A DNA stretch of 64,000 bases from Octopus vulgaris. Taxonomy: Eukaryota. The notes beneath the pieces are model-generated. The model did no database searches and was not told the origin of the DNA. It was given only the letters and a program-made list of their open reading frames with translations. A program made the translations under genes and the position numbers. The stretch is from the NCBI GenBank assembly GCA_951406725.2, contig OX597818.1, positions 33,976,001 to 34,040,000 of the forward strand, in the 5' to 3' direction. Positions 25,310 to 38,572 of the stretch are shown here, in pieces (position 1 is the stretch's first letter; the number at the start of each line of letters is the position of its first letter).

Positions 25310-25974
25310 ACCTTCAAAAATACAAGTTGTAATACCAACATATGTTGGAAATAAAAAAAAATGCACTTTCTGTCTCACCGTCTCCCTAACAACTCCGAAT
25401 TTTCAATATTATGTTTGACAACAAAAATAGTATTATGTATTCTAGAAAGCCTAATAAATGATGTAATTTAATCCTCACAAATATAAACACAACGGAAAAC
25501 TCGAGTTCCTTAAAATATCGATCACGTCAACAGGAAAATTAATCGAAAAGCAATAGTTAGTTAGTTGGAAAAGAAAGTGATAAAAAGCAAACACTATGCT
25601 TCGGATAATTTAATGATATCAAATAAATGATTTATTTTTATAGTCTTATGCTAATTTAATATGACTGTCAATTAAAACTGTTGGAAAGAGACGTTACGGG
25701 AAGCAGAAACAGCATATGTAAATGATACGTATGAGCATAAACCCACACACAGTTTTATACTTGTGTGTGTATGCACGATTGCATACATTTATGTACATAT
25801 ATGTGGGAGGGGGCGTGCGTCTATGTGTGTGTGTACAAGTTGTTTCTAATGAAGGAAGAGAAAGTACTCAATACAGAGTAAAGAGTATCTCCTTGCTTAA
25901 ATTTTACATTTACATACTCAGTCAGACTGCAGCTCCTCAATGTTAAATTACTCACGCACTACGTACGTACGCAA

Positions 25975-26240
25975 TCGTGAGGTTGAGAGTTAGCTACTCG
26001 GACCTGGCTGCGTGTTATGTTCTTGAGAAAGACACTTTGTACCACGTTGAACAAGTTGCGACGTCACTGGTGCCTAGCTGTATCGGTTTTTGCCTTTCCT
26101 TTGGATAACATCGGTGGAGTGGAGCGGGGGTGGAGACTGGTGTGCTTGACCGCCTTCTGGTCTTCCATAAATGACTTTGCCCGGACTTGTGCGTCGGAGG
26201 GTAACTTCCCATGGGCACTCCTGTGGTCATTCATAATTCT
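25975..26240 (+). mobile_element. Degenerate SINE with CORE-like ttgagaaagacactt motif
   Basis: atcgtgaggttgagagttag..gtgttatgttcttgagaaagacacttt resembles family B heads; the body differs. Confidence 0.5.
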
Positions 26241-26270
26241 AGAGGATCTTATGAGTATACATACCTGTGT

Positions 26271-26327
<57 letters not shown>

Positions 26328-26330
26328 AAT

Positions 26331-26490
26331 ATGACGATGGCTTCCTTGGCCGAAACTTCGAAGTAACTGTCTACAGCGTTCTTGTATAAGAATGATAAAT
26401 TTAGTACCCTACAAAATTATAGAGTAACCCATCAGATTCATGTAAAATTGTTTTTATTATAACTAAACATAAAAACAAACATTAACATAT
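26331..26490 (+). mobile_element. Hammerhead element family H3 fragment
   Basis: aTGACGA tggc-ttcctt-ggcc GAAA cttcgaag TA actg; downstream sequence homologous to 56350-56485. Confidence 0.65.
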
Positions 26491-26519
26491 ATACATACAT
26501 ACATGTGTGTGCGTGCGTG

Positions 26520-26564
<45 letters not shown>

Positions 26565-27085
26565 CATGTGTGTGTGTGCGTGTGTGTGCATTAGTCATAC
26601 ACATATTTTGCAAATCCAGTAGAAAAATTTCTAGTACCTAAGTTTATCCACGCAATTAATAGGTGCAATTCCTATTCAGGAGTGTGTAAAAACCTAACAA
26701 GTAAGGAAGTCAATGCCAATATTATGATGCAATTGAAATTTTGGAAAATATAGAATATATAGGATATAAGAGAGTGACCTGGTTTTTGGTAAGTCTGTGA
26801 AGGAATGTCAATAAGGTGCGTCTTATCTCTAAGCGCGTACATATAGCAGTGTGTAGGAAACTCCTTTTCATCAGTATGCAGAATCGCATGCTTGTGTATA
26901 TATATGAACAAATAAACGAATATATATATATATATTAGGAATAATTATAACTGTGTAGAACTTGCAGACTTGTTCATCCTCAAACTTTATTCCCTCTTAT
27001 TTCACAATTTTATACAGCATATTTTTATGGTCATTATGACCAATGCATCCCTCCCAACTCACACACACACACACACACACACATA

Positions 27086-27235
27086 GGCGCAGGCGTAGGG
27101 GTGACTTAAGAAGCGTGCTTCCCAACTACATGGTTCCGTGTTCAATCCTACTGCATGGCACCTTGGGCAAGTGTCTTCTGCTATAGCCTCGGGCCGACCA
27201 AACCCCATGCGTGGCTGTGGTAGACGGAAATATAA

Positions 27236-27240
<5 letters not shown>
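27086..27240 (+). mobile_element. SINE family A 5' half
   Basis: Head and ttgggcaagtgtcttct..ggtagacggaaa, ending in (TG)n. Confidence 0.8.
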
Positions 27241-27292
<52 letters not shown>

Positions 27293-27304
27293 TGTGTGTG
27301 TGTA

Positions 27305-27490
27305 TAATTTCTAAATCTCTCAAAGTGAGTTATTCAGACACAGTTCTTTAAAGTAAAGGCTATTTGTCAACATAATGTGGCTGTCCTGGAAGGGACGATT
27401 GTTGCTGTTGTTTAGCCCCAGGAAACAGCGTTTCCAGTTGGCTATACAACACAATATCCGTGTCCTTATATTTTCGAGCAGGGAGTCCAT
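27305..27490 (-). mobile_element. Partial copy of the direct-repeat hammerhead family H7
   Basis: Reverse complement aligns by eye with 60795-60985 (tcgaaaatataaggacac..ccaactggaaacgctgtttcctggggctaaac..gatttagaaatta). Confidence 0.7.
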
Positions 27491-27566
27491 ATATGTATAT
27501 GTATGTATATATAACTGAAGAAATTGCAGTCAACAAGCAGGTGTACGGAAGGACAGTTACTTTTAA

Positions 27567-27669
27567 TCACTACAATTGTTTCTATACAACTTAGTTCTCC
27601 AAAAAATAGGTATTTGATTATGCAACTGTTTGTTTGCACAATGAGATCCAGTTGTGTTTCCTCAGGTGA
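27567..27669 (-). ncRNA. Type-I hammerhead motif with extended helix II (family H4)
   Basis: Minus strand tcac CTGAGGA aacacaact..(long loop)..agttgtata GAAA caattg TA gtga. Confidence 0.65.
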
Positions 27670-28581
27670 AATTCAATTGTTGTCTCCGTTAGTCTAAAAT
27701 CTTCGATTTCAAGGCCATCCCATTTATCCGTCCTGGGTTGAATTTAGTAAATGTTGGTAGATTCATGTTGTTTGCTGTCAGAGTACGCTTGTTGGACTGT
27801 TATGAGTGGTAGTTGATGGCTGTTTTGGTACCGGCTGATTGCTAACCTGTTCTTCATGGCTGGTTGCACATGCGAATTTTATTAGCTGACCTTCAGTATT
27901 CCGTGGTCGGATACATACACACATACACACAGAGTCTCAGACATACCCTCTCACAAACAATCAACCCAATGTATATATGCTCATATACACATACAAACAC
28001 ACTCACATATAGGTACACATGCATTCAGGTACACACGCATATATACATACATATACTTAGGCATCTATATTTACATGCATATACATACACTTACATATGA
28101 ACACATATATGCATGCACAGATCAACATATACACCTATGCACTTATATATACATCCTCTCGAAAATGTGAGAATATATATTGCTGCCCTCATACACACAT
28201 ACATACATTCAGGAATAGGCACACATGACCTGACATTCAAATGTTCATGAGTGCCTCAAACAATCTTGATTGATATATACAGATTATTAATGACCAGTTT
28301 AATTTCCACGATTATGATTTCAATAAGTATTGACAAAAACCACAATAATTGCATATATGCATTTGCGCTTGTTTACATGTATTTTTAAACAGTCAGAGCG
28401 GTGGATTGGTTCAACCATCATAGTGAATATGGATTTGAATGTGTGTGTGTGTATTTGAATGTATAATATATGCGGCTGATTAGCCTCTAACTCAATATAC
28501 ATACGTACAAACATACATAGCTGCATATATACATAAGGGCACACTATTATAATTATTATCGTTATTATTATTATTATTATA

Positions 28582-28624
<43 letters not shown>

Positions 28625-28743
28625 CATACATACATAATACATACATACATAATACATACATAATACATACATACATATATATATATATATATGTGTGTGT
28701 GTGTATGTATGTATGTATGTATGTATGTATGTATGTATGTATC

Positions 28744-28777
<34 letters not shown>

Positions 28778-28798
28778 AAGAGAGAGAGACACACACAC

Positions 28799-28897
<99 letters not shown>

Positions 28898-29330
28898 CAG
28901 ACATACGTAGATAGCTGGAGATAGAGATGCATATATATATATATATATATATATATGTCATATGAACCATTACCTAACTTGAATTAAACATACATACATA
29001 CACATACGCTCACACACAAGCACACAACATCACTGATACACTCGCACACATACTCACACACACACACGCACACACGTGCAAACACACTCACACACGCACA
29101 TATAAGCGAATCTCAGCCAGGTCGTTTTAAATACGACATTAATTGGGATTACATTAGCTTCGATTAGCAATAAATCAGGCACTATGTTGCTAGAGTTAAT
29201 TTAACGCTGATTGCTGCAAAACTTAAGGGTCCCAATGAAAATTATATTACATTATTGCATTTGTACATTATCTTTCTTCCCTCTTAAATCAGCTTCAGCA
29301 ATTATAAAGAAGCAAATATAGGTATTGCTT

Positions 29331-29432
<102 letters not shown>

Positions 29433-29892
29433 GTTATTGTTATTGTTATTATTATTATTATTATTGTTATTATTATTATTAATATTATTATTGTTGTTGT
29501 TGTTGTTGTAGTTGTTGTTACTTGCTTTTTGATTTTTGTAGAGGATGGTATTATCTTAATATTGATTTAGAAGTTCTCCTTGGTGTTTTAATTATATACA
29601 TGTGTATGTGAGTGTGTGTGTGTGTGTGCGTGCGTATGTGTTTGTGAATATATATATATACATAGATTATATACATATACATACATACACACACATGTAT
29701 ATATAAATATATATATATATACATACATACACACACATATATATATAAATATATATATACATACATACATATGTATATACATATATACACATATATAGAT
29801 TTACATATACATATATTCATATATATATATATATATATATTTATATTCATATATGCTTGTGTGTGTGTATATATATATGTATATATATAGAT

Positions 29893-29972
<80 letters not shown>

Positions 29973-30150
29973 GCGTATGGTGGAGGGCTTACGTAAATTC
30001 AATCATACAAACATACACGTGTACATATTGAACGTTTGTAATCATATGTTTTGCTACTTCAAGTCATAACCTGGTTTCGTAATAAAAATATCAAATTATC
30101 AATCATAAATTAAATTAAATGGAGTAAATATTATTATTATTTTTATTTTT

Positions 30151-30181
<31 letters not shown>

Positions 30182-30212
30182 TTATTATTATTATTATCAT
30201 TATTATTATTAA

Positions 30213-30254
<42 letters not shown>

Positions 30255-30408
30255 CATCATCATCATCATCATCATCATCATCTTCATCATCATTTATATT
30301 ATTATTTCGATTAAACAGCTTTTTCCTCTTGTCTCTTTTACTTTTTCTTCGTTTTTCTTACTTCTTCCTTTTTCTTCATGTTATCCTTATCATTATTTTT
30401 ATAAAAAA

Positions 30409-30605
30409 GCGGTGAGCTGGCAAAATTGTTAGCACGCCAGGAGAAATGCTTAGCGGCATTTCACCCATTTTTACGTTCTGAGTTGAAAATTGTGCCGAGG
30501 TCGACTTTGCCTTTCATCGTTTCGGGGTCGATAAAATAAGTCCCAGTTGATGACTGAGGTCGATGTAATCGACTAACCATTCCCCAGAAATAGCAGCCAA
30601 AACTT
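30409..30605 (+). mobile_element. SINE family C
   Basis: gcggtgagctggcaaaattgttagc..ctgagttgaaaattgtgccgaggtcgactttgcctttcatcgtttcggggtcgataaaataag. Confidence 0.85.
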
Positions 30606-30723
30606 AAATGTTCATACCGCACCAGGAGAGAAGATAAAGAGACAAAATAAACTAGCAAAAAATTAGTGGATAATTCCAGATCTCGGATTTCTGGCTCTGC
30701 ATAAGAAATGCTTAGCCTTCATC

Positions 30724-30882
<159 letters not shown>

Positions 30883-30971
30883 TGATATGTATGTATGTAT
30901 ACACACACGCACACACACACACACACATATATATATATAGATAAGAAAGTTGGTTTGTGAAAGCACGTGGT

Positions 30972-31003
<32 letters not shown>

Positions 31004-31249
31004 TATGTATGTATGTATACATACATACATACATACATACATACATACATACATACATACATACATACATACATACATACATACATGCATATATACATAT
31101 GTACATACATACATACTTTTGAATGTACGAAAGGGAAATAAATACCAACCATATTTCATGCATTTGAGTTGATTAATTCGTCTGAAGACTTTTATTCCAA
31201 TACTACGCGGAATTTTTCATTTTTGTACATTCATTCATGTCGCCAAAGA

Positions 31250-31729
31250 ATCTCTTATTATAAAAGGCAGATTTTATCTGCCTCCCTTTGTCAGTTATAG
31301 AAATCTACAATATAGGATTTCTTCAATTACAATTTACCTAGCATTTTTAAGAGTAGAATGCATCGGGTCGTGCCAGGTCCACTTTTTAAAATTTCAACCC
31401 CAATTAAGCAAAATTTACAGAAAACTCACATTCTGGTGTGTATGTCAAATGCTTTTCTTAGTCTGGTTTACAGCACACGCAAACGCACACACACAGTGTG
31501 CAACGAATAAAGTGAAACTAGATGTAATATTTGTTTCTGTCTATCACGCTGATAGATACATGAGTAAAATGTATGGCAAGCTAAGAGATAAGAGTGAGTG
31601 AAAATGTTCTTGGAAGAGAGTAAATAGCGACAGAGTGATTTGAGGAAGACTAAACTGAAAGTATGAAACAGTGTTTATGTATAAACAGACGACACTTATA
31701 TATAGTTATTAATAAATGTATGCATCCGT
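31250..31729 (+). mobile_element. Probable Helitron 5' portion
   Basis: Begins a|tctcttattataaaaggcagattttatctg, a TC start similar to the 32480 element; no 3' CTAG end seen. Confidence 0.45.
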
Positions 31730-31733
31730 TTAA

Positions 31734-32059
31734 CCCTTTCGTTACCAAACCGCCCGAATTTACCTATTCATATTTAAATGAGAATATCAGAGTAAATCTC
31801 TTTAGTACATTCGTGAAAACACGTATTATACTTCGTAAACACTTCAAATACAGTTTTGTACAAAAATCGAAGTGTAATTTTAATTCCGTGAATTATGGGA
31901 GATTTTTTTCCGAAATTTGTTCCTATTGTGTTTTCAAAATTTGTAATTCTGACAAAAAATGGATACGAATTTCATTATATCAAGCAGCGAGTCAGAATTC
32001 GAAGGATTTTCTACTGAAGACCTTCATAAATCTAACTCTATGACTGAAAAAAAAAAGCA
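31734..32059 (+). mobile_element. piggyBac-like left end with start of an acidic N-terminus
   Basis: TTAA|ccctttcgttacc terminus; MDTNFIISSSESEFEGFSTED at 31960; cut off by a Helitron. Confidence 0.5.
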
Positions 32060-32453
32060 TCTTTATATAAGAGTGAAGTTGTGTGTCTGTCTCCTACGAT
32101 TTAGATTCGTAACTACTCCCACATTTTGCGGTGCAGTTTAACCAAAAGCGGGTATCTTATAGTCGTGATTCATATCGAGCCCTTCTGGGTATTAGCGCGC
32201 TTCTACGATGGGTCTACGATTTAAAAAATTTAACATCATATTTTTCCATTTTAATGCATTTTTTTCGCTTTTATATAAGGGAAGTAACTCTCTAAAAATA
32301 TCTACGATGTGTCAACGATTTTAAAAAAAAATTACCTTAATTTTTTTTCAATTTTTAATGCATTTTTTTGCTATTTTTTGGCTATAACTCTCTAAAAATG
32401 CTTATATAGTTATTTCCCTTACAAACCCGAGCAACGCCGGGCGATACTGCTAG
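32060..32453 (+). mobile_element. Non-autonomous Helitron, complete
   Basis: A|TC start, subterminal hairpin cccgagcaacgccggg, CTAG|T end, no TSD. Confidence 0.88.
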
Positions 32454-32479
32454 TAATTAATAAAATCAAACAAAAAACC

Positions 32480-33282
32480 TCTCTATATATAAACGGCAGT
32501 TTGTCTGTCTGTGTGTCTGTGTGTCTGTCAGGTTGTACCCTCACCCTGACCACGGCTTTCAACTGATTCTGATCAAACTTGACACACACGTAGCCCAATG
32601 TCATAATTCAAAAGTAACGCAGCGAAAATTTTGAGAAGTTCCCCTAGTTCTGAAAAAAATCGATAAATTCGACATGGGTCGAGAATCTAAGCTTTTTATA
32701 TGCAACACATTTTCTACAGACTGTCTAGGGGACGCAACTCGACCTTTTTAACTCTCGGAACACGTGGGGTAAGTATCCCAAAATGTATAAAAATGTACAA
32801 AAACGGCAAAAAAGCGGGCAGCAATGTGAGTGACAACAACGAAAAAGTCAAAAGTGACCAAACTGAACAAACGAATGGAAAAGGTTTTTGATGCACACGA
32901 CAAAAGCGGTTTATAATAAACCAAGAGTTTGCAAGTAGCGTCCGAGGACCCTTAGGGTACGTCAAAAATTTAAGGTAAAACGCTTGGGGTGGTAGTTATA
33001 AAGAAAGTGTAAACAAAAAAAGTATTCGAATAACTTGCAGCTGCAGCAGCTATTAGCAGAAGTGGCGGTGTTGGGGGTAAAGTCTCGAATGTAATTTCTT
33101 CCTGGTAGGAATTGGTTGGGTTGAATTATCGATAGCTGTTTGATAGTTATTTGGGAGTGAAGAGAAGACATTACAACCTACACATGCGCCTTCGTTTCCT
33201 AGAGGGAAAGGACTAGATTGGGATTACTCGTTGCCTACTAGGGGCTCTTACATACCCGGGCAACGCCGGGCTATGCTGCTAG
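32480..33282 (+). mobile_element. Non-autonomous Helitron, complete (second family)
   Basis: tctctatatataaacggcagtttgtctgtctgt start, hairpin cccgggcaacgccggg, CTAG|T end. Confidence 0.88.
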
Positions 33283-34367
33283 TAATTAATAAAAGCAATT
33301 TATAAAAGCCAACTTTCATAATGTAACCTACGTTTTTTAAGGCTTTTGATTGTAATTTCAGGGCATTTTGCTTCTATTACTTGCATGCCGATCGACTAAG
33401 TAAGAGGATATATATTATTGTTCGATTATAATAAAATAACTCTATGTCCAATCTCCTTTGTAACCATTTTTCAAGAATCCTAATGCTATTCAATAAGATA
33501 TAAAAACTAAATATCACAGCTGAGTAATATTTCCCTCTGTTACAAAACAAATGCCATCCTTAAGAACTCCATATATATTTCCATTTCACAATTTCTGTCA
33601 AATTCTGCAAATTTTCTTTTCCAGTATATGACCTTCGTGACGTAGTGTCACTTTCCCTGACAGTTTCCATTCCAAATAATTTTTACTAGATATTTCTGTT
33701 AAGGATCTATCAAATACGAAGCATTGCAGACTGTGAAGGGTGAAAAAAAAAAGGTAAGGATATTCTTTATTTTGATATAGAATATTGGAGAAGTCGTGAC
33801 AATAAAATGTAAAGAAACAGAGCATTATAATAACAATGACAATATTAATAATATCAATAAGAATTGTCTTGGACTGAATATACTGGATTCTCTTTTAAAC
33901 ATGCTGGAATAAGAAACGGAAAACTAAGTTAATAAAAGAAAAGAAATTCTATTTTTATATTCTTCATGGAACAGGGTAAAACAACATCGGCCTCAAGAAG
34001 AAAAAGAAAAGAAAAGATAACTATTGAAAGAAAAGAAAAATAATGGTCTGTTCGCATAAACAAAAAACAATGCCTTTGAAGTCAGAGCTTTCAAGAAATG
34101 TAACAACTAATTTTTCTTCTTCTAGCCAGTGACAGGAATATCTGATTCACAACTTAAAAGATAAAAGAAATTTAAGAAAAAAAAAAAGTTAAATTGAAAC
34201 TTGACCGGTTTTTCACCCTCTTCATTGTCTATGCTCATAGTAATACCGTTTTGTTATTGTTGTTGTTGAGGCGTTGTCATAGTTTTCATTGTAGCCAGAG
34301 TTCTTGCTGCTGTCATTTTCGCTGACTGATGACGACTTCAACAAAAAGAATTCTTGGATATATACAT

Positions 34368-34441
<74 letters not shown>

Positions 34442-34859
34442 ATATGTGTGTGTATGTATATCCTTATGGCATTCCATCGAACTTCCCCGGACTTTTCACC
34501 AGTATTGTGTAATGTTTAAATAACTTTTCATCTCTCACAGAACACGCATTTTCCACCCTCCTCTGCTTTTTTTTATTGCTTTTATAAATGTTTTGTGAGT
34601 AATTTTTCTCTGACTTGTCTTTCCTCCTACAGCAGGTATCTTTCCTCTCACTTTCATTTTTTTTTTTTTTAACTCAGACATTTTGTTTCCATATAACAGC
34701 ACCTCACTCTCATACCCCTCCACAAAATCTCTGACAAATTCCTTTCCTTTTGCTTTCTCATTTGTCTCACACTCGTGCCTGCTACCACCTCTTCACATCC
34801 ACGTTTTCTTCAAAGACACACTTAGCGTTTACGTTTACATATGCACACCAACACGTCAT

Positions 34860-35190
34860 TCTGCCATCTTGTTCGAGACAGAAGTGCTAAATGACGCTGA
34901 AAAACTGCAAATATGTGCTTAAGATCAAATAACACGCGCCCATCATGGACCGTCAAAGCCCGAATTATAACTTTGTCACCACATTGCGCCTCTATCGAAC
35001 GGCTTTCGCCCTTTCGTGTTTCAGAACACACGCCTTAGCTCTGGCGACGCAGCATTCATGCTTCGAGTTGAAGAATTGGTCAAAGGCCAGTCCTGCTGCA
35101 AGCGCGTCGCTTGCGATATCTTTCCTAAGCACTTCTTCTAAGTTTTTAATTATGTCTTCCTTTCTTCTGCAATTGTTTTAGTCATTTTTA
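34860..35190 (-). pseudogene. Decayed L1/Tx1-like ORF2 linker fragment
   Basis: Minus strand reads KNLEEVLR..FDQFFNSKHECCVARAKACVL and EAQCGDKVIIRALTVHDGRVLFD, resembling the EN-RT linker of Tx1/L1 elements. Confidence 0.45.
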
Positions 35191-35328
35191 GATTTTGTAC
35201 ATATGTTGCTACTTTATTTGTTGGTTTGATGACATCATGAATTGTAATATTTGTGTAGAGTTATAAATGGCTTATTAATTAATCGTTGTTTGTATTTATG
35301 GATGTACAACTTATAATGTTTCTTTATA

Positions 35329-35750
35329 GGCGGAGGGGTGGCTGTGTGGTAAGTAGCTTGCTTACCAACAACATGGCTCCGGGCTCAGTCTCACTGCGTG
35401 GCACCTTGGGCAAGTGTCTTCTACTATAGCCTCGGGCCGAACAAAACCTTGTGAGTGGATTTGGTAGACGGAAACTGAAAGAAGCTCGTCGTATATATGT
35501 ATGTGTATCTATGTGTGTGTGTGTATGTGCCTGTGTTTGTGTGTCTGTGTTTGTCCCCCCCCCAACATCGCTTGACAACCGATGCTGGTGTGTTTACGTC
35601 CCCGTAACTTAGCGGTTCGGCAAAAGAGTACGATAGAATAAGTACTAGTCGTCCAAAGAATAAGTCCTGGGGTCGATTTGCGCGACTTAAGGTGGTGCTC
35701 CAGCATGGCCACAGTCAAATAACTGAAACAAGTAAAAGAGATAAAAGAGA
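35329..35750 (+). mobile_element. SINE family A, full length
   Basis: Head, body and tail ggtggtgctccagcatggccacagtcaaataactgaaacaagtaaaagagataaaagag. Confidence 0.93.
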
Positions 35751-36353
35751 TAGAACGTTTAGCCTTAAGAAATATCACTAAGCATTTCACTCAAAATGCT
35801 AATGATTTTGCCAATAATAACAACAAATGTTGCACCACAAGCAAAGGTTAAGGTTACATAACAATGGCAATTGTGTAAAACGAGAAAGAAAAGGGTATGT
35901 GATGCAGGTGATAGAGAAGAGAATGGAAACTAGTTCCGTCCTACATGTGACAATAGGTACAGGACTCCACAAATCCCCCGTTCCGGATGCAACTTGCAGA
36001 GATCCAGGTGACAAAGGCAATTGTGACCGTAGAGTTTCTCTCGAATCAGAAATGATCCCCTGCTAAAAAGACCAGACTTGGTGACCTCTGGAAATTTGCA
36101 CATGTCTCCTACTTGTTATCGCAACGGCTGCAGCTGTTATTGTTGTTACAGTGACTGTTATATTTGATGCTGTTGCTGATGTTGTTTATGCCATGGTTGT
36201 TGTTGTAGCTGATGTTGTTGCTATTGTTGTTGTTGTTGTTGGTATTATTAATATTATTATTATTGTTATTATTATTATTATTATTGTTATTATTATTATT
36301 ATTACTACTACTATTATTATTATTATTATTGTTGTTATTATTATTATTATTAT

Positions 36354-36407
<54 letters not shown>

Positions 36408-36918
36408 CAGTGTTGTTAAGGCTGTTGTTGCTACTCCAGCTGCCCCAATAATCGTTATTGTTTATGCTTTTGTTGTTATTGTTGCTGGTGTTGGTCTTGT
36501 TTTTGTTGTTGTTGTTGTTATTGTTGTTGTCTTTGTTGTTGTTGTTGGTGGTGGTGGTGGTGGTGGTGGTGGTACTGCTGCTGTTGTATTCGTTATTACT
36601 TTTGTTGTTGTTGTTTTTGTTAAACAATAAGACGGTAAGGGTGATTAGATGATGGTCTAGGGGTTAGGAGATGGAGACCCCAGACCTTGGGAAAAAAAAA
36701 ACAACTTTGGTTGTCTTGTTGTAGTCGAGGGCTCTTCGTTGACGCCCGACACCACTGGGAGGTGGCCCTCGAAGTCGCTGGAAATGGAGATCTCCAGGTC
36801 CAAATTCTTGATGTTGTTGTTACTGTTTCTGATGGTGATGATGCCAGTGGGCTGTTGTTACTGCTACAGCTGCTGTGATAATCGTAATTTATATTGTTGC
36901 CGTTGTTGTTATTATTGA

Positions 36919-36961
<43 letters not shown>

Positions 36962-37271
36962 CATACTGTTGTTGCTGTTGCTGTACTTGCCGTCGTCGTC
37001 GTCGTCATCGTTCTTGTTTTCCTTGCAGGTGTTATTTCTCGATGTTGTTTATCTTGCATTTTTACACCTCGCCGAACCTCAAAAAACTATTTTTCAATTT
37101 GAAGAATGTTTGCTAAATCACTTCCTTTCACCTTAAAATTCTCGATCAAACCATTTATATTGGTATTATTAATATTATTACTATTGTTATTATTATTACT
37201 ACTACTACTACTACTACTACTACTAATACTAATACTAATACTACTACAACTATTATTATTATTATTGTTAC

Positions 37272-37306
<35 letters not shown>

Positions 37307-37671
37307 GTAGTAGTAGTAGTAGTAGTAGTAGTAATAGTAGTAGTAGTAGTAGCAGTAGCAGCAGCAGCAGTATATTTATCCTAAGAATCGAATCCAAAGA
37401 AGAAAAGACAAGAAATACAACAACTGCAAATATTCGGCAATTTTACGATTTTATGGGGATTCTTTATCGAAATGGCTTTGTTCACATCAGTTCATGAGTT
37501 GAAAATATTCTATTAATCTTTTAATCTATTCATTAGTTTTCAATTCCGTTTCAACTATTTCCTTCTTAAGCCTTATAAAAACATAATCATAAACATAGAG
37601 CGTACTTTTCTCTTCGCATGTGTGTGTATGTCTGTGTGAAAGTGTTGGTATTTGCGCGAATGTTTGCGTTA

Positions 37672-37975
37672 GTATGTATGTATGTATGTATGTATGTATG
37701 TATGTATGTATGTATGTATGTATGTATGTACGTATGTATGTATGTATGTATGTACGTATGTATGTATGTATGTATGTACGTATGTATGTATGTATGTATG
37801 CATGTATGTATGTATGTATGTATGTATGTATGTATGTACGTATGTATGTATGTATGTATGTATGTACGTATGTATGTATGTATGTATGTATGTATGTATG
37901 TATGTATGCATGTATGTATGTATGTATGTATGTATGTATGTATGTATGTATGTATGTATGTATGTATGTATGTAT
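37672..37975. repeat. (TATG)n microsatellite
   Basis: ~300 bp tetranucleotide array. Confidence 0.98.
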
Positions 37976-37976
37976 A

Positions 37977-38335
37977 GGCGTGGATGTGTGGTAAGAGGCT
38001 TGCTTCCCAACCAGATTGTTCCGGGTTCAGTACCACTATGTAGCACCTTAGGCAAGTGTCTTGTATAATAATCTCGGGTCGAATAAAGTCTTGTGAGTGG
38101 ATTTGGTAGACGGTCGCTGAAAGAAGCCCTTCTTGTGTATATATATATATGTGTGTGTGTCTTGTGTATGTATCTCCCTATATATCTGTTTATCACTCTA
38201 CTTATGTGTGTCTGTGTTTGTTCCTCCGACATCGCTTGACAACCGTTGTTGTTTCGAGCGGAGCTTTTCGTCAGAAACCTAGCAAAAGGAAAGATCCAAG
38301 GAAGAGAAGACGGAGGGAAAAAAATCGCCAACGAT
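37977..38335 (+). mobile_element. SINE family A (3'-truncated) fused to a family H1 fragment (38250-38335)
   Basis: The SINE body ends at catcgcttgacaaccg and switches to gtttcgagcggagcttttcgtcagaaac. Confidence 0.8.
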
Positions 38336-38337
38336 AC

Positions 38338-38560
38338 TCATTTACACTTTTACATGTTTTAGTCATTTGACTGCGGCCATACTGACCGCCTTTAGTCAAA
38401 CAAATCGACCGCAGAACTTATTCTTTGTAAGCTTAGTACTTATTTTATCGGTCTCTTTTGTCGAGCCACTATACTTCGGGGACATAAACATACCAACATC
38501 GGTTGTCAAGGGACAGGGAGCAAACATAGTCGCACAAATACATACATATATATATACATA
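38338..38560 (-). mobile_element. SINE family A 3' half (matching 5' half at 41098-41248)
   Basis: Tail and body up to the internal microsatellite, on minus strand. Confidence 0.85.
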
Positions 38561-38572
38561 CATATACACACA

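Noticed and set aside
36715-36810. RQRRALD reading resembling a TGF-beta furin site
   Set aside because: The frame is closed by a stop just upstream and no cystine-knot cysteines follow.
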